From NCBI RefSeq assembly GCF_001194135.2, contig NC_069006.1:292679-329532 (forward strand): DNA of 36,854 bases. The letters run 5' to 3'. Source of the stretch: Octopus bimaculoides. Lineage: Eukaryota. A program made the position numbers and the translations under genes. Shown here one piece after another: positions 34,365 through 36,854 of the stretch. The notes below the pieces were generated by a model. That model saw only the letters and a program-made list of their open reading frames with translations, ran no database searches and was not told the origin of the DNA. Each line of letters opens with the position of its first letter. The first letter of the stretch is position 1.

Positions 34365-36854
34365 ATATACACATATATATGTATTTACATGTATGTATAT
34401 ATATATATATATATATATAGTATGATTGAACGCCATGCATCCATTTCCAAGTAAGTTTACCTCATATATATATACACACTCCACCGCTATAATAATCATC
34501 ATCGTCGTCGTCGTCAACGTCATCATCATCATTATCGCCATCATAATCATCAACGTTATCACCACTACCATCATCACCACAGCACGTCTCGTTGTCACAG
34601 CGATATCATCAACATCAACAATCACATCACCACCTCCTCCTCCTCACCACCACCAGCAACAACAACAACAACAACAACGACGACGACACTCCCCCTCCCC
34701 CACCATCAGCTGATGATGTTTTTCCTTCCCTTTTTCTTTCCTTTCTTTCGAAATCACAGAGAAGAAATCGCTGCGGAGTTCCAATTCGTTGAAAGCCATC
34801 AAGACCTGAAATTAACGATGGTGGCTTTTAAATTTGTTAATTCAAACACCAAACAACTTAGCCACAACAACACAACGCCATTGCTTCCACCACCACCACG
34901 ACCATCATCGACACCATCACCGTTACTATCACAACCACCACGACCACCACCACCCATCCTCCCTCATCTTGTTGGGTGAGGAAGGAATTTTTTTTTGGTT
35001 GTCTTTTATATTTTTGTTTTTCTTAATACATTCTATCGATTTTTGAGTGTTCAATATATTTTTACTGTATTTTTATTATATTGTTTTTCATATTTTCTCT
35101 CTTTTTTTGTTGTTGTTGTTGTTGTAGTCATTGATGTTCTTATTTTAAGTTTTGTGATTGATGTTGTTGTTGCTGTCACTGATGTTCTTTTCGCGTTTTG
35201 TTGTTGTTGTTGTGATTAATGTTGCTATCGTTGTTGTTGCCGCTAATGGCTTGTTGTTGTTGTTGTTGCGACGGTTATTCCCTTTGTTGTTGCTGTTATT
35301 ACATNNNNNNNNNNNNNNNNNNNNNNNNNNNNNNNNNNNNNNNNNNNNNNNNNNNNNNNNNNNNNNNNNNNNNNNNNNNNNNNNNNNNNNNNNNNNNNNN
35401 NNNNNNNNNNNNNNNNNNNNNNNNNNNNNNNNNNNNNNNNNNNNNNNNNNNNNNNNNNNNNNNNNNNNNNNNNNNNNNNNNNNNNNNNNNNNNNNNNNNN
35501 NNNNNGGTCTAAGTGGATTTTCACTATTTTTTACCTATTTTTTCTTCCCTCCCCCCCCACCAACCGCCATTCTTTCATCCCTTTTTAGTCGCTTTCTTCA
35601 CTCGTTTCTTTTCTCTCCCTGTTTCTTTTTATCTCTCATTTTCTCTCCTTCCCCCCCTCCTTTCTTCCTTAAATCTAAACTTCCGCCTATTTATTAGTCC
35701 TTCGCAATGTATTAATTAGGGGCCTCTCTCTCGCTTTCCGAAAACACAAATTTACACAAGAAGGAATTTGAAACGAACAAACACCAACAACAAAACAACT
35801 GCAAAAACAAGTAAGAAAACAACCAAAACGAAATAAAACAAACAAAAAACAACAAGCATTAAAGACTATCCTCTACCTCCTCCTCCCATGAAAGTGAGGC
35901 CAAACCATTTGGAAACCATCGGAGTATCAAGGTAACAAAGAAATACAGGAACACTCGCACACATCCACACACACACACAGATATATATACACACATATAT
36001 TATATATGGGTGTGTATTATATTATATATATATATATATATGTATGTATGTGTGTGTATTACATACATACATGTGTATATATAACACGAGGGAAGATAGA
36101 GAAGTACAATAACAAGAACGTGAACAGGAAGTGAGTGTTAAGCGGGGAGAATGGAGAGGGAGAGGAAACGGAGGGTGAGAAAGGAGGAGGAGCAGAAAGA
36201 GAACGGGAGGGGGAGAGAGAGAGAGAATGCATGTAACAATGTGGATGTGTGTGTTGAATGAAAAAGTATGAACGCGTGTGAGTAAATGTGTGCGCGTGCG
36301 TGTGTACGCGTGAGAGAGAGAGGGGAAAAAGAGAAAGGAAGAAGAGAGAGAGAGAGAAAGTGAGAGAAAAAAGAAGACAAAGGGAAGAGAGAGAGAGAGA
36401 GAGAGAAAGAAGACAAAGGGGAGGAAGAGAGGGAGAGAGGAAAAGAGAAAGGGAGAAGAGAGAGAGAGAGAATTACATAGAAAAATGAGTGAGAAATTCA
36501 TTGCGGTTTTACGTGTTTTGCCCCTCCATATTGTAAATGTTTGTACGACGGCAATTAATAGCTTACGTGGTGTAGCACAACAACAACAACAACCATCTAA
36601 AGTAAATAGCAACAACAGCCTCAGCAACATCAATATCTACGGATAACACTGTCAGCGTGTGCGATCCACATCGACAATAAGGATGATGACGATGATGATA
36701 ATGATAATGATGGTGATGATAACAATAATCTCTTATTTGCCGTAAAAGCGCATTCACACATCAGTGACAGAATACATGAGCGTTACGGAAGCATGTGATG
36801 GTGGTGGTGGCCGTGAGAGGAACAAACAAGTTACATAATTAAGAGGGGGGGGGG

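Overview
Eukaryotic, repeat-saturated genomic window from a gapped assembly (16 N-runs, about 4.9 kb). The SINE families and the extreme (TA)n/(CA)n/(GA)n density resemble coleoid cephalopod, probably Octopus, DNA; this is inference from recalled sequences, not a database search. No host protein-coding gene can be confirmed, and most listed ORFs are translations of microsatellites or gaps. Recognisable content: about 23 SINE copies or fragments in three families; a decayed Ty3/Gypsy pol remnant whose single LTR has a PPT upstream and a tRNA-Ser-type PBS downstream; a decayed mariner transposase interrupted by a TG...CA insert; two tandem 3' ends of an RLE-type LINE; an RTE-like LINE fragment; a tRNA-Thr(TGT) copy abutting a SINE/RTE tail; a small TIR element; and several hammerhead-ribozyme-like motifs suggesting Penelope-like pLTR remnants. 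Two long hairpins and a few weak exon candidates are also noted.
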